Virus record (IMG/VR): IMGVR_UViG_3300020577_007160
Coordinates: 96,001-160,000 of that record
Reading direction: 5' to 3' (one strand)
Length of the DNA: 64,000 bases
DNA from: a virus
Lineage: Duplodnaviria > Caudoviricetes
Under the pieces are notes generated by a model, which had not been told where the DNA came from, ran no database searches, and saw nothing but the letters and a program-made list of their open reading frames with translations. The stretch's first letter is position 1. The number at the start of each line of letters is the position of its first letter. Position numbers and translations under genes: made by a program. Shown one piece after another: positions 20,234 through 30,447 of the stretch.

Positions 20234-20312
20234 GATTTTATATCAATCCTTTAATATTTGTAATCTTTCAAGATTTTCAACAATTTTCTCTATAATCTAG
20301 AGATATAATTAT

Positions 20313-20603
20313 TTATTCAAAATCTTCTTTAAATTGAATCATATCAAACTTAGTATCTTGTAATACTTTTATTATTTTATCTAGTTTACTGGTATCGGAA
20401 ATCCATTCAGTTCTTCTTCTCTTTGTTCTTTTTAAATCTTCATATAAGTGATTTAATTGTATTGAAGATGTAGCCAATGAATGCATTATTAATTCTTGAG
20501 CCGTATCTCTTTCATATGCTCCTTCTTTTGGGGAAGAAAATTCTCTGGATTCAGATGATACTCTTTCCTCAAGTTTCAAAATTCTACGTTCTAAGTTTGT
20601 CAT
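20313..20603 (-). CDS. Leader-bearing hypothetical protein
   Basis: MTNLERRILKLEERVSSES; start at second Met. Confidence 0.7.
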   Translation of the reverse strand: MTNLERRILKLEERVSSESREFSSPKEGAYERDTAQELIMHSLATSSIQLNHLYEDLKRTKRRRTEWISDTSKLDKIIKVLQDTKFDMIQFKEDFE

Positions 20604-20616
20604 TGTTTTATCCTTA

Positions 20617-20973
20617 TTATTTTCCAAATATCTTAGATTTAAATGAAAGAACTTTTTCTTTTACAAAATATTTTGCGATATTCTTTAGTTCTCTAGAAGA
20701 TAAATTTGTATTTTTATAGTCTTTCATTAACTCTATTACCGAGTATTCAATTGAAATTGAAAGATCAGACCTAAATTCTTTTAGATCCCAATAAAAATCA
20801 ATTGCATAAATTTGCCTTCTTTTGTCAATGCAACCTGAATTATTTACTTCCCAACCATAAATTAAAAACTGATTTTCTATTAGACGATTGAGTTGAGAAC
20901 CTAAATCTTCTAAATTAGTTTCAGAATGAAACTTTTCCTCAAGTTTCGAAATTCTACGTTCTAAATTTGTCAT
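20617..20973 (-). CDS. Leader-bearing hypothetical protein
   Basis: MTNLERRISKLEEKFHSET. Confidence 0.75.
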   Translation of the reverse strand: MTNLERRISKLEEKFHSETNLEDLGSQLNRLIENQFLIYGWEVNNSGCIDKRRQIYAIDFYWDLKEFRSDLSISIEYSVIELMKDYKNTNLSSRELKNIAKYFVKEKVLSFKSKIFGK

Positions 20974-20977
20974 TATT

Positions 20978-22369
20978 TTATCCTATTATCTGAACATCAA
21001 ACTCATTTGTGGACGGTGCTACTGAAAACTTAAATGTCATCGTATTGGTAGTTGTTGATTCATTTGCTACAATAACCTGATCATAAGGGGAAACAACCCT
21101 ACGCACAGAAGATGTTACTCTACGAGTTCCTAGGTTGTGAGTTACGACAATATTTGTAGTTGAACCATCACCAATTTGAGCATTAAATATTCTTGTTCTA
21201 TATGGGGATTTAGTTTGAAGAGCATCCCCTGATATTTCTATTGTTACATCATCAACAACAACATCTAACGTATTTCCAGTTTTGGAAAGAGCAGCACCTG
21301 CTGTAATCTGACCTGCACCAGAAAATTGAATAAATGTTAATGATGTTGTATTTAATGTTATTGGAGCATTCGTAGAAAGTACCCACGATGAGTCAGCCCA
21401 AGTAGACCCTTCATTTATGAAAACATAAGATCCTGGAGCAGCATCAGCAGAAGAATCAAAATCAACTGCACGAGTTAAAACAAATGGATTAGAACCATCA
21501 CCAACAGTTGTAACAATATAAATACCATTATCTGCACCAGTGGATTGATTCTTAACTAAAATTCTATCATTTACTGCTAGATTAGTTACTCCATCAATTC
21601 CGGTATCATTGATGCTTCCATTGGCAGAAGCAGTCAATACATTGCTACTGCGAGTAGCAGATAAATTAGCAGTTGTTGCTACTCTTGATGCATCCTTAAA
21701 TACTAATCCTTGCTTGGTTGCATCAACATAATCCTTTGTTGCTGCATCAGAACCTACGCTAGGAGCAGCCAATGATGTTATACGCTGCGAATTGAAGGAA
21801 ACTGCACTCGTGGGTGCAGCCATCTGATCCAGACGACTAGTACGAACCTGAGTATCAAAATCCGATATCGTAGACGCAGTCTGAGATCCAGTATGGTTTG
21901 CTCTTGACAGGTAATATGATGCTGCCTGTGAATTCAGATTCGTAGCATTAGTGGCAGTAGATGCTGTTCCAGTTAAATTAGCAGTTATTGTTCCTGCTGA
22001 AAAATTACCAGAACCATCACGTTTGACAATTGCACCATTCGTATTGGCATCAGTTGCTCCATCTAATTTTGTTTTATCTGCTGCGGACATTGATCCTGGA
22101 TCCGACGTTGAAGCAGCAGATATTGTTATATTTGGAGTTGATCCCCCACTAGAAGCAATTGGAGCAGATGCAGTTACGGCTGTTACTGTTGATGGAGATC
22201 CAGAACTAACCCACGTACTACCATTATAGTAGTACATTTGATTTGTTCCCGTATCATAGTATACCTGACCAGTGACAGGACTAGATGGAGGTGATGCTAA
22301 ATTTTGAATTCTCGCATTTTGAAGTTCGTTTTTAACGAGATCAATAGAAGAAAGAAATGGTATTGACAT
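20978..22369 (-). CDS. Fibre-like virion structural protein
   Basis: S/T/A/G-rich; DAATKDYVD, RILVKNQS...NGIY, VTHNLG modules. Confidence 0.75.
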   Translation of the reverse strand: MSIPFLSSIDLVKNELQNARIQNLASPPSSPVTGQVYYDTGTNQMYYYNGSTWVSSGSPSTVTAVTASAPIASSGGSTPNITISAASTSDPGSMSAADKTKLDGATDANTNGAIVKRDGSGNFSAGTITANLTGTASTATNATNLNSQAASYYLSRANHTGSQTASTISDFDTQVRTSRLDQMAAPTSAVSFNSQRITSLAAPSVGSDAATKDYVDATKQGLVFKDASRVATTANLSATRSSNVLTASANGSINDTGIDGVTNLAVNDRILVKNQSTGADNGIYIVTTVGDGSNPFVLTRAVDFDSSADAAPGSYVFINEGSTWADSSWVLSTNAPITLNTTSLTFIQFSGAGQITAGAALSKTGNTLDVVVDDVTIEISGDALQTKSPYRTRIFNAQIGDGSTTNIVVTHNLGTRRVTSSVRRVVSPYDQVIVANESTTTNTMTFKFSVAPSTNEFDVQIIG

Positions 22370-22378
22370 AATTTTATA

Positions 22379-22870
22379 TTAACTTAAATATGCATTTCCT
22401 GCGAAGGAACTAGAAAACGTAACTACAGCCTGATTCGCATTCGTATGAGTTACCTGTCCATAAACTTTTGTACCAGAAGAATCAAATACTGCAACTGCAG
22501 GTCTATAACCAAGATTATGAGTTATTGTCCAAGTAGAATTAGGAACAGATTGACTATGAGAATACGTGAAATCAATTCCAGATTTATTGGTTATTTTTGA
22601 CCAGTCTACCTGTTTTTTCCCGCCAGATTCTCCAGCAAAAAATCCGTCAATTACTGCTTTGTTATAATAATTAGAAAGATCTATTCCCCCTGCAATTATG
22701 GCTTCTAATTTTTGAGAGGAATAAGAACGATCATTTCTTATATTAACGTCGTCAATCATTTGACGTGGATCGATCACATCATACCTGTCCTGAGGATCAA
22801 ACGGAGAATTAGGACTTTTATTGAAAATATCCAAATTCTGATCTGTAGACCGTTCGTTGAATACTACCAT
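22379..22870 (-). CDS. Fibre-associated structural protein
   Basis: YSSQKL and WTITHNLGYRPAV modules. Confidence 0.6.
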   Translation of the reverse strand: MVVFNERSTDQNLDIFNKSPNSPFDPQDRYDVIDPRQMIDDVNIRNDRSYSSQKLEAIIAGGIDLSNYYNKAVIDGFFAGESGGKKQVDWSKITNKSGIDFTYSHSQSVPNSTWTITHNLGYRPAVAVFDSSGTKVYGQVTHTNANQAVVTFSSSFAGNAYLS

Positions 22871-22903
22871 TTTATTGCTTAGTAAATATCTTGTGCTAAA
22901 TTC

Positions 22904-23128
22904 TCAAATGAGAATTAATTCGATATCTGAAATAAGTTCTGAAACACGAGAATCTAATTTAAAAATTCTTAATTCCCCTTTATACTCTTTTTTAAGAAGA
23001 ACTAATTTTTTGTAAAATTCATCTAATCTTTCATACTCATCATCTAACGCTCCGTTGCCCTCGTTGATTTTATTATTTTTACTAACTTTCGATTCTAAAA
23101 ATCGAATTCTACTTTCAATTGAATTCAT
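22904..23128 (-). CDS. Leader-bearing hypothetical protein
   Basis: MNSIESRIRFLESKVSKNNKINEG. Confidence 0.7.
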   Translation of the reverse strand: MNSIESRIRFLESKVSKNNKINEGNGALDDEYERLDEFYKKLVLLKKEYKGELRIFKLDSRVSELISDIELILI

Positions 23129-23129
23129 C

Positions 23130-23693
23130 TTAATCCTGTTTTATCGTTAATTTAAAATACAATTTTGTACCAGTAAGAATTGACTTTGAAGACATATCAT
23201 CTTTCGTGACAAAAATTCCAACCAATACTCTTGTATCTTTATAACTCTGAATATTCAGATTTATTTCCTTCAATTGAGCCATTGCAATAACTTCTGTTCC
23301 ACGTTTTACTGTTTTATAATCTGTTGCTGCAACATCAATATACCCTGCGAAGTCTTCCCAGTCTAAACTCGCACCCATGTCAAACTTAGTGTTGATTGCT
23401 CCTGAAACATAAGTTGTGTCTGATGGAGTAAAGAATAACAGAGATCCTGGAATTTTATGGGGCGTAGTGACAGTATTGGCACTTTGTTCAAAAATATGGA
23501 GTTGTTTTATTTGAAACGTTCCCCCATAACGAATTGATGCACCATTGAATAACATTGCTTCTGCAGCAATTCGATCGGGTTCTAGGGTTATGTTTCCAAC
23601 ATATTCATATGAACTATCAATATGAACAATCATCCTCCCAAATTTTCCACGGTAATTCCTGGCATACCCTTCGTTGTTTTCTGTTGCTGACAT
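23130..23693 (-). CDS. Hypothetical structural protein
   Basis: 187 aa, beta-rich, in tail cluster. Confidence 0.55.
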   Translation of the reverse strand: MSATENNEGYARNYRGKFGRMIVHIDSSYEYVGNITLEPDRIAAEAMLFNGASIRYGGTFQIKQLHIFEQSANTVTTPHKIPGSLLFFTPSDTTYVSGAINTKFDMGASLDWEDFAGYIDVAATDYKTVKRGTEVIAMAQLKEINLNIQSYKDTRVLVGIFVTKDDMSSKSILTGTKLYFKLTIKQD

Positions 23694-23696
23694 AAT

Positions 23697-25145
23697 TTAA
23701 CTTAGTGCAATAGGAATTATTCCGGCTTGAACTTCTTTACCATAGGTATCACACCTATCAATATTTATATAACCATAAGATAATGATAATGGTGGTTGGA
23801 TTGCCATAGGTAGATTATGCTTAACTTTTATTTCAATATAGTCTCCGAGTTCCAAAACAATCCGATCTGTACCCTGACATGAAGACCGAAAGTGATAATT
23901 GTTATCGGGTTGTAATCCTGTAATTACGCCAATATCATAATCAAGAACAGAATATTGGAGACCATTACGAAATAACCCATACCTAATATTGTATTCTGTT
24001 CCTGTTCCTAATCCATCATTACCATAATCAAAAACATAGAAAAAACTAATAGTATATATTCCAGGAACCTGTGGATAAAATTTCCATTTTGTAGAAGTCT
24101 TATAAACAAGGTCTCCACGAATTACTTCAACATAATTGAATAATAGAGTACTCCAAGCACCAAAATTAAATGTTTGAGCAGGATTAGCAATCCAACGGAC
24201 ATTAACTCCCATATCAAAGAAATATTCTTCTGGAGGAAAGTTCAAAATATCCCAATGAATTGTTCCAATTTCTGTTAATAATTCTCCTATATCTTGTTCA
24301 CTATTAAGAACAAGATAATCATCATAATTCATGAACCTTCTTCCTTTAAAATAAAGGATTTGCCCCTCAACATAAAATCCACTAATAACATCAAAATTAT
24401 CATGAGAATGAGAAAATTTTCTCAATACTTCCAAGTAATTTACTATAGCAGATTTAAACTTGTTGAATTCTATTTCAGATAATAATTCAGTATGAGTATG
24501 TTCCCTAGGGGGAAACTGAGAAGGTACGTTCTTTATATCTTGATATGCTACTGGGATTTGATTTCCTACTGAACCATCAGGATTTATATAAGAAGACTTT
24601 CTCATATAATTTTCCAGAATGGATGCTAATTGTTCCTGAGTTACTAAGTTCGATGGTAATTGTAATTTCTTGTCAGCAATTTGATATATCTTTATATCTA
24701 AAGAAGAAATAGTTAAAGCAATTGATTTAAATATTTCATGACTGAATGCTAAATTAAAATGATCTGCTTTATTGAGGTAAATCTCAAAATCATATTCTTT
24801 TGTTAAATCAGTAGTATTACTAATTACTCCGCTTCCATTTAAATTATATTCTATTCTATCCAAAAGACCTTGATAAATTCCATTAATATATTTTAATACT
24901 AATAAAGCAATAGTAGTATTCGCAAGGTCTAATAACGCATTTATACTAAATACAAACTTTAATTTAACATGGTAATACCCACCTTCAAGACTCGAATAAA
25001 TAAAAGGTATATTCTGAAGTAAATTATTAGCATTATACGTTTGCTTCAATGGCAGAAATATGTCATGACCTTCTCCCAATCTCTTAGGAATAAGCATTGA
25101 CAAATTTGAATCAGAATAATTATGAACTAATAATTCGTCTCTCAT
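23697..25145 (-). CDS. Putative fibre/receptor-binding protein with C-terminal C1q/TNF-like domain
   Basis: HTH/HSH fibre motifs; FYPQVPGIYTISF...LELGDYIEIKV. Confidence 0.55.
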   Translation of the reverse strand: MRDELLVHNYSDSNLSMLIPKRLGEGHDIFLPLKQTYNANNLLQNIPFIYSSLEGGYYHVKLKFVFSINALLDLANTTIALLVLKYINGIYQGLLDRIEYNLNGSGVISNTTDLTKEYDFEIYLNKADHFNLAFSHEIFKSIALTISSLDIKIYQIADKKLQLPSNLVTQEQLASILENYMRKSSYINPDGSVGNQIPVAYQDIKNVPSQFPPREHTHTELLSEIEFNKFKSAIVNYLEVLRKFSHSHDNFDVISGFYVEGQILYFKGRRFMNYDDYLVLNSEQDIGELLTEIGTIHWDILNFPPEEYFFDMGVNVRWIANPAQTFNFGAWSTLLFNYVEVIRGDLVYKTSTKWKFYPQVPGIYTISFFYVFDYGNDGLGTGTEYNIRYGLFRNGLQYSVLDYDIGVITGLQPDNNYHFRSSCQGTDRIVLELGDYIEIKVKHNLPMAIQPPLSLSYGYINIDRCDTYGKEVQAGIIPIALS

Positions 25146-25160
25146 GCTACCTTAAAATAA

Positions 25161-25190
25161 AAGGGATCTCCATTTTCAAGAAGATCCCTT
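25161..25190 (-). terminator. Intrinsic terminator
   Basis: AAGGGATCT...AGATCCCTT hairpin followed by T tract. Confidence 0.6.
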
Positions 25191-25233
25191 GTCAATTAAC
25201 AATTGAAAATTAAAACTTCTAATAAAATAAGAA

Positions 25234-25668
25234 TTAATGTTGGTTTGCGTAATTAACAATGTAATCTGAAATCCAAGAACAATCTCCGAATCTTAGTCTC
25301 CACATCGCCATTTTTCCTAAATCCGCGGGAAATGGTTTATTAAAAACAAGAGCAATATCGGAACGACCACCAGAAGTCTTAAGAAGATAAGCTCCTCTGA
25401 ATAATTCACTTGGGGATTTTGAGGTTGCAATATCTTCGTCGAATAACATTTCAGAAACTCCGTCGATCCATTCATTTGGATTTCCCCCTGCTCCCAAAAG
25501 AACAATCCCCTTAGAATTAGATCTTTCCATAAGATTTTCAAATCTATAAAAGTTGATAGGTTTGATATTCCAATTGGAATAATTTCCTCGCAAAGTTTCT
25601 ACAACTTTTCTAGTATTAATTCCTATTTTTTCTTCTAATCTACTTATTCTGCGTTCTAAGTTTGTCAT
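25234..25668 (-). CDS. Leader-bearing hypothetical protein
   Basis: MTNLERRISRLEEKIGINTRKVVET then GIVLLGAGG..EWIDG...AMWRL...WISDY globular domain. Confidence 0.75.
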   Translation of the reverse strand: MTNLERRISRLEEKIGINTRKVVETLRGNYSNWNIKPINFYRFENLMERSNSKGIVLLGAGGNPNEWIDGVSEMLFDEDIATSKSPSELFRGAYLLKTSGGRSDIALVFNKPFPADLGKMAMWRLRFGDCSWISDYIVNYANQH

Positions 25669-25688
25669 CGGGTTTTAAAATTAAAAGA

Positions 25689-27167
25689 TTAAACAACATT
25701 AACGTCAAACCCACCAACCATTTGAACAAGATTAACGTAGACTGTTTCAGCAACTTCTGCGAAGTTCATATAAATGTCAACGACTAACTGACGATTCTGA
25801 CGAACATTCACATCATTGTTTGTTGCATCACAAGTCACCCGAACATTATTATCATATCCATTTTCGCGTTCAAACATCCCCTTTGTGAATTGAGACGATA
25901 AGAATATATTTATAGCATTTTGAATCTGAGCTCGTGTGCGATCATTATTCTGACGTTGTTCGTATTCTCCAAGAGTTTGACGAAACGTAGAAATCAAGAA
26001 ATTGATTGAACGTCGAATATGGATAGAATAATGTTTCGATGTTGTGGAAAGAGTTCTTGAGGTTCGGGTAACAAATCCCTTACCTTTATAATACTGAATA
26101 ACATTCCAACCATTGGTATGAACCATTACTTCAATAGCGGAATTCGACAATTCATATTTTTGTCCTAGAACACCAAAAATTGAGGCTCTCAATCCTGCAG
26201 GTGGTACGAAAGCATTACCACCCTCCGAAATGCATTGACGAATATAATATGCTCCGATAACGCCTCCCAAATTCGGAATCCATTGCTGTGCCCCTCCAGA
26301 GAAATAATTAGCAACTTTAGTCCAGTTGAAATATCCTGCTAAGAAAGATTTACTTATATTCAAAGCAGAATATGTTGTTGACAAGTCTGAAGTAGTAGAA
26401 GCATATGTTGCAGCAATCAATCCCATGCAGTCGTTTCTACCAGAACAATATGTTTCCAATGCCTGATGATCTGTCAATGCCGTCCATTCTGGTGCGAACA
26501 GCATTTGAACAGAATAGTTATCTAAATAACCATATTCTGTTGCTGATAAATTAGTAGGAGCAGTAGGATTTGTACCAGTTGCCAATGCTGTTTTTGTGCA
26601 TGCTGCAAGAGTGTAGGATCCAGTAATGACAGCTTTTACGTAACGACTCTGGGATTGAAGAGTCCCTTCAATTGTGCCAGTAGTCAATCCTCCAATGGAC
26701 TCTACTAAAACATCAGAACCTGAAGTAGAATCATAAACATTGCATTTCCACGCTGAGCCATCAGCAACAACCTCTACCTTATAATTATTAGTATAAGTCC
26801 CTTGGGACTCATCCCCATAATATGCTGCTGTGAATGTTATCTGATTCGGGGATGTTCCAAAGGCAATTACACCACCTGTGCCCAATGCACCTGAATTCGC
26901 AGGACGCAGGCAATATACATTAATATCATTAGGAGCAGCGTTCGCAAATAATGCTCTTATTTCATAATAAGAAACTAATTGGGATGCCGTAGTAACCGGA
27001 CCAAAAATTATTTCATAATCTTTTAAAGATGAAATAAAAATGACCTTATTTACTGGTCCGCGTAATGATTTAACAATTACCCCTACGTTAGTTATATCTG
27101 CAGGAGTTAGCACCGGACTGCTTGGTCCGGCTAATTCTCTAACTTGTAATCCAATAGGTTGTGCCAT
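25689..27167 (-). CDS. Tail sheath protein (gp18-like)
   Basis: RGPVNK..FISS, PPAG, SRTL...IHIRR, VTCDATNN, AEVAE motifs. Confidence 0.92.
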   Translation of the reverse strand: MAQPIGLQVRELAGPSSPVLTPADITNVGVIVKSLRGPVNKVIFISSLKDYEIIFGPVTTASQLVSYYEIRALFANAAPNDINVYCLRPANSGALGTGGVIAFGTSPNQITFTAAYYGDESQGTYTNNYKVEVVADGSAWKCNVYDSTSGSDVLVESIGGLTTGTIEGTLQSQSRYVKAVITGSYTLAACTKTALATGTNPTAPTNLSATEYGYLDNYSVQMLFAPEWTALTDHQALETYCSGRNDCMGLIAATYASTTSDLSTTYSALNISKSFLAGYFNWTKVANYFSGGAQQWIPNLGGVIGAYYIRQCISEGGNAFVPPAGLRASIFGVLGQKYELSNSAIEVMVHTNGWNVIQYYKGKGFVTRTSRTLSTTSKHYSIHIRRSINFLISTFRQTLGEYEQRQNNDRTRAQIQNAINIFLSSQFTKGMFERENGYDNNVRVTCDATNNDVNVRQNRQLVVDIYMNFAEVAETVYVNLVQMVGGFDVNVV

Positions 27168-27196
27168 GGTTCTTTATTTCAAATTATAAAAAATGT

Positions 27197-27586
27197 TTAT
27201 CTATTCAATATTCTTTTCGCATAAGATAATCTAATACTCCAACCCGAAGCATCGGGGTCACCAGCACAGTCTTCATCATCCGTAACCCATGCCTGATCAT
27301 CATCAATGGAACAAATCCAAAGTTTTCCATAGGATCCAAAATCAACATAATCTCCAGGTTCTATTTCATCAATATCTATATTTTCTGAAAATCTAGATTC
27401 TTTTACCTTAGATTTCTGTTTTTTCCATTTATTGAAGGCAATTATATATTCTCTTTCAGAATTAAATTTTCCTCCAGTTTCTTTTTCAAATTGTTTTAAT
27501 TCTTTATCAGAAGCATCTTGATAAAGAGATTTTCCTTCTTTCAATACTTTTGATTCAAGTCTTCTGATTCTTTGTTCAATGTTCAT
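27197..27586 (-). CDS. Leader-bearing hypothetical protein
   Basis: MNIEQRIRRLESKVLKEG; start at second Met (TAAAATG). Confidence 0.75.
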   Translation of the reverse strand: MNIEQRIRRLESKVLKEGKSLYQDASDKELKQFEKETGGKFNSEREYIIAFNKWKKQKSKVKESRFSENIDIDEIEPGDYVDFGSYGKLWICSIDDDQAWVTDDEDCAGDPDASGWSIRLSYAKRILNR

Positions 27587-27587
27587 T

Positions 27588-28253
27588 TTAATTTCCTTCA
27601 ACAAAAGTATTTGTATTAACTATAAAACTCAATATTCGTAGATAATCTACTGGTTTCGTAGAATATAACGAAGTCTCAATTTTAATTGTTTGAATTGCTC
27701 TGAATTTATTTGAATCCTCTTCCACATTTTGAGTAATTGGATCCATCTTAACAGTATGATTTATTCCAAAAAGATTTATATATTGTTGATTATAATCATC
27801 TTCCACCATCTTATAATACAATAAATCTTTTAATATTCGGTGATCAATCCAACTATCAGAAATTCCTTCAATTTGATATTGAAATGCTACTCTACGAATG
27901 GCTCGATGTTGACTTGCGATATCAGTATCTTTATCAAAAGTGGATTCAGTATCAGTATAGGGCATTGTCTCTCTGAGATCTTCTTCATCCAAAGGAGAAA
28001 CCAAAATAAACGGATATGTTAATTTTGGGTTCTGCCTAAGAATTGTTTCTACTGTTAATTGTTTTTCATATATGTTTGAATATCTAAATATTACCGGAAC
28101 ATATTGAGCCGGAACATTAGCATTAGAACCATCCAGTATCTCAAGATTTACTTTTGAAGTATCAGTTGAATCCAGAGAGACAATCCATTTGAAATATCTT
28201 GTTTGAAGGTATTTCATGAACTCAATGTCTATTTCATAGATTTGAGTATACAT
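27588..28253 (-). CDS. Putative tail completion/terminator protein
   Basis: Upstream of sheath; VPVIF, YPFILV, FQYQIE. Confidence 0.5.
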   Translation of the reverse strand: MYTQIYEIDIEFMKYLQTRYFKWIVSLDSTDTSKVNLEILDGSNANVPAQYVPVIFRYSNIYEKQLTVETILRQNPKLTYPFILVSPLDEEDLRETMPYTDTESTFDKDTDIASQHRAIRRVAFQYQIEGISDSWIDHRILKDLLYYKMVEDDYNQQYINLFGINHTVKMDPITQNVEEDSNKFRAIQTIKIETSLYSTKPVDYLRILSFIVNTNTFVEGN

Positions 28254-28377
28254 ATATTTGTTAATTATAAATCCAATTAAATTTTATTAACAAATTCTTT
28301 TCCATCTTCTTCTAAATTTTTAAAATTTAAGTATTTCACTCTTAAATCAAATTTAATTGCTTCCCTTAATAAATGCC

Positions 28378-28809
28378 TCAAATAAAATCTCGATTTAAAA
28401 CTTCAACCTCATAATTTTCTTTTTTTGAAGAATTAAAAAGATTTTTAACAGACCAAGCAATAGAAGCCATATCTAAATTATCTTTAATAGCATTTCCATC
28501 TTTATCTATCCAAATTTCCCCAAACGTTCTGTTGCTCCCATTTCCCCAATTAAAAATATTTCCGGAACATACTCTAAATTTAATTCCAGATGGGCTACTA
28601 TAAAAGCGCATTTCTCCTAAATATTCTGCATATTTAATATTTTTTCTTTGTATCTTTTTTACAAAATACTGATATACATTTTCTGCAATTTCAGGAGTAG
28701 TTTTAGTCGCATAATATTTGCCTGGAACAACTATATTATTCTGATGATTTAATCTTCCTTCTTTTAATATTTTTCTTTCAAGCCTCAAAATACGTTGTTC
28801 AATGTTCAT
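28378..28809 (-). CDS. Leader-bearing hypothetical protein
   Basis: MNIEQRILRLERKILKEG. Confidence 0.75.
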   Translation of the reverse strand: MNIEQRILRLERKILKEGRLNHQNNIVVPGKYYATKTTPEIAENVYQYFVKKIQRKNIKYAEYLGEMRFYSSPSGIKFRVCSGNIFNWGNGSNRTFGEIWIDKDGNAIKDNLDMASIAWSVKNLFNSSKKENYEVEVLNRDFI

Positions 28810-28819
28810 TTTGGTTTCC

Positions 28820-30421
28820 TTAGATTTTTTGAGATAAAAATTTACTTACTCTACGTTTGTAAGATTCTTCTGTTTTAGGTTCTTCTGTTGGAGTTTCTTC
28901 AGCAGATGCTTCTGGTGTCTCTTCCTCTGTTGAGGATGTTTCTTCCGCAGAGTCCTCTACTGGGGGTTCAGTCATCATAGAATCATCGTCTTCAACTGGG
29001 GGAACTTCCATATTGGCAGTTTCATCGAATTCTATTTCAATGATTGATTTACCAGTATCATCAGTAGAACTATGAATATTTTTTATTGGTTTATCAAAAC
29101 TCAAAGAAAGAGACTCATTTATTCTAGATGAAATCAATTTTTTGAATTCTTTCAAAACAACGCTTCTTTTATATTCGGGGTAATCACTGGCAACTTCTTC
29201 ATATAATTGTGGAAGTTTTTTACGTTTTAAATAACGTTTGATCTCGTTTTCATTTACTTTGAAATATTTACGTAAACTACTACGTAATTTACTTTCTGTT
29301 TTACAAGATTCATCTTCATAATCATTTTCATCATATTCTTCTATATCATCTGCTGATATTTCTTCTTCATCTCCGTCTTCATCTTCCATATCCCCAAAGT
29401 CATCAGAAGTATCAATTTCATCCTCCATGTCTGCGTCGGTTTCTGAGTCATCATCCTCGTCATCTTCTGAGACTCGACGCTTATTTCTGCCAAGGCGTTT
29501 TTCTACTTCCATAGATAAATCATCTATATCCATAGTATCTTCATCATTATCTTCTTCATCGTCATTATAGGATTCAATACCATCCTCTAACCCTTCATTA
29601 CGACGAGATTCATATACTTCCTCTGACCCCATTTGTCCCTTGCTACGCAAGCGAGTTAAAAGGGCATTCAAGGATGCGTCCTTCAATGATAAGTCTTCAG
29701 TTTTTAATGTGAAGAACAATTTAGAGTCACCTTCAGATGTTTCTGCAGACCGGAATCGAAAATGCATACCAGAAATAACATTAGTACGAACTTTCAATAA
29801 ATTGTCTTCAACAAGATTCAAAGTAAGGAATGACTTCAATTTATGTTTCAGAACTCGAGAATTTGCAGGACTGAGAATTTTAAATACGCAAATATCTCCA
29901 TCAGCGACAACAAAGAATCGAACAAGTTTCCTTGCATTATCTGTGATAGCAAATAAATATGCTTTATCTGGATAATATCGTGCTATCTTTTTGAGAGATT
30001 TAAAATTTGAAGTATTCTTTAATGCAGACTCAGGATCACCAGGAAGAATACCATAGAATAATAATTGCACATTAGAAACTGTGAGACCTTCTTTAATATT
30101 CAAAGTCTTTTTTAATTTTGAATATGAATTTCCACTTTCTAAGATTCTATCTAATTTTTTCAAAAATGATTCAGTCTTCATAGTGTTATCTGTGACGTTT
30201 ATTAAATGTTTTGTTTCCTGTTCAAATTCCTGCATATGATCTGCAGGGGTCAAATTAATTTTATCGAAACCATTATTTGTTAGATAATTTTTTAATGAAT
30301 CCCCTGATATGAAATTCTTAATTTCTCCTTCGAGATTCACTGAATAAGAATTTCCCATTATAGCATCAATGGTTAAAATTCTACCGAGATTATCTACATA
30401 TTTATCTTGTATTTCGAACAT
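28820..30421 (-). CDS. Acidic low-complexity protein, possible head core protein
   Basis: 533 aa, long D/E tracts, many x-x-E-S/G sites. Confidence 0.55.
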   Translation of the reverse strand: MFEIQDKYVDNLGRILTIDAIMGNSYSVNLEGEIKNFISGDSLKNYLTNNGFDKINLTPADHMQEFEQETKHLINVTDNTMKTESFLKKLDRILESGNSYSKLKKTLNIKEGLTVSNVQLLFYGILPGDPESALKNTSNFKSLKKIARYYPDKAYLFAITDNARKLVRFFVVADGDICVFKILSPANSRVLKHKLKSFLTLNLVEDNLLKVRTNVISGMHFRFRSAETSEGDSKLFFTLKTEDLSLKDASLNALLTRLRSKGQMGSEEVYESRRNEGLEDGIESYNDDEEDNDEDTMDIDDLSMEVEKRLGRNKRRVSEDDEDDDSETDADMEDEIDTSDDFGDMEDEDGDEEEISADDIEEYDENDYEDESCKTESKLRSSLRKYFKVNENEIKRYLKRKKLPQLYEEVASDYPEYKRSVVLKEFKKLISSRINESLSLSFDKPIKNIHSSTDDTGKSIIEIEFDETANMEVPPVEDDDSMMTEPPVEDSAEETSSTEEETPEASAEETPTEEPKTEESYKRRVSKFLSQKI

Positions 30422-30447
30422 CGTATTTTAGAGTTTAATATATAACG

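Noticed and set aside
28277-28381. Possible 34-aa TTG-start ORF (LRHLLREAIKFDL...)
   Set aside because: Too short and without independent support, though it fills the gap.
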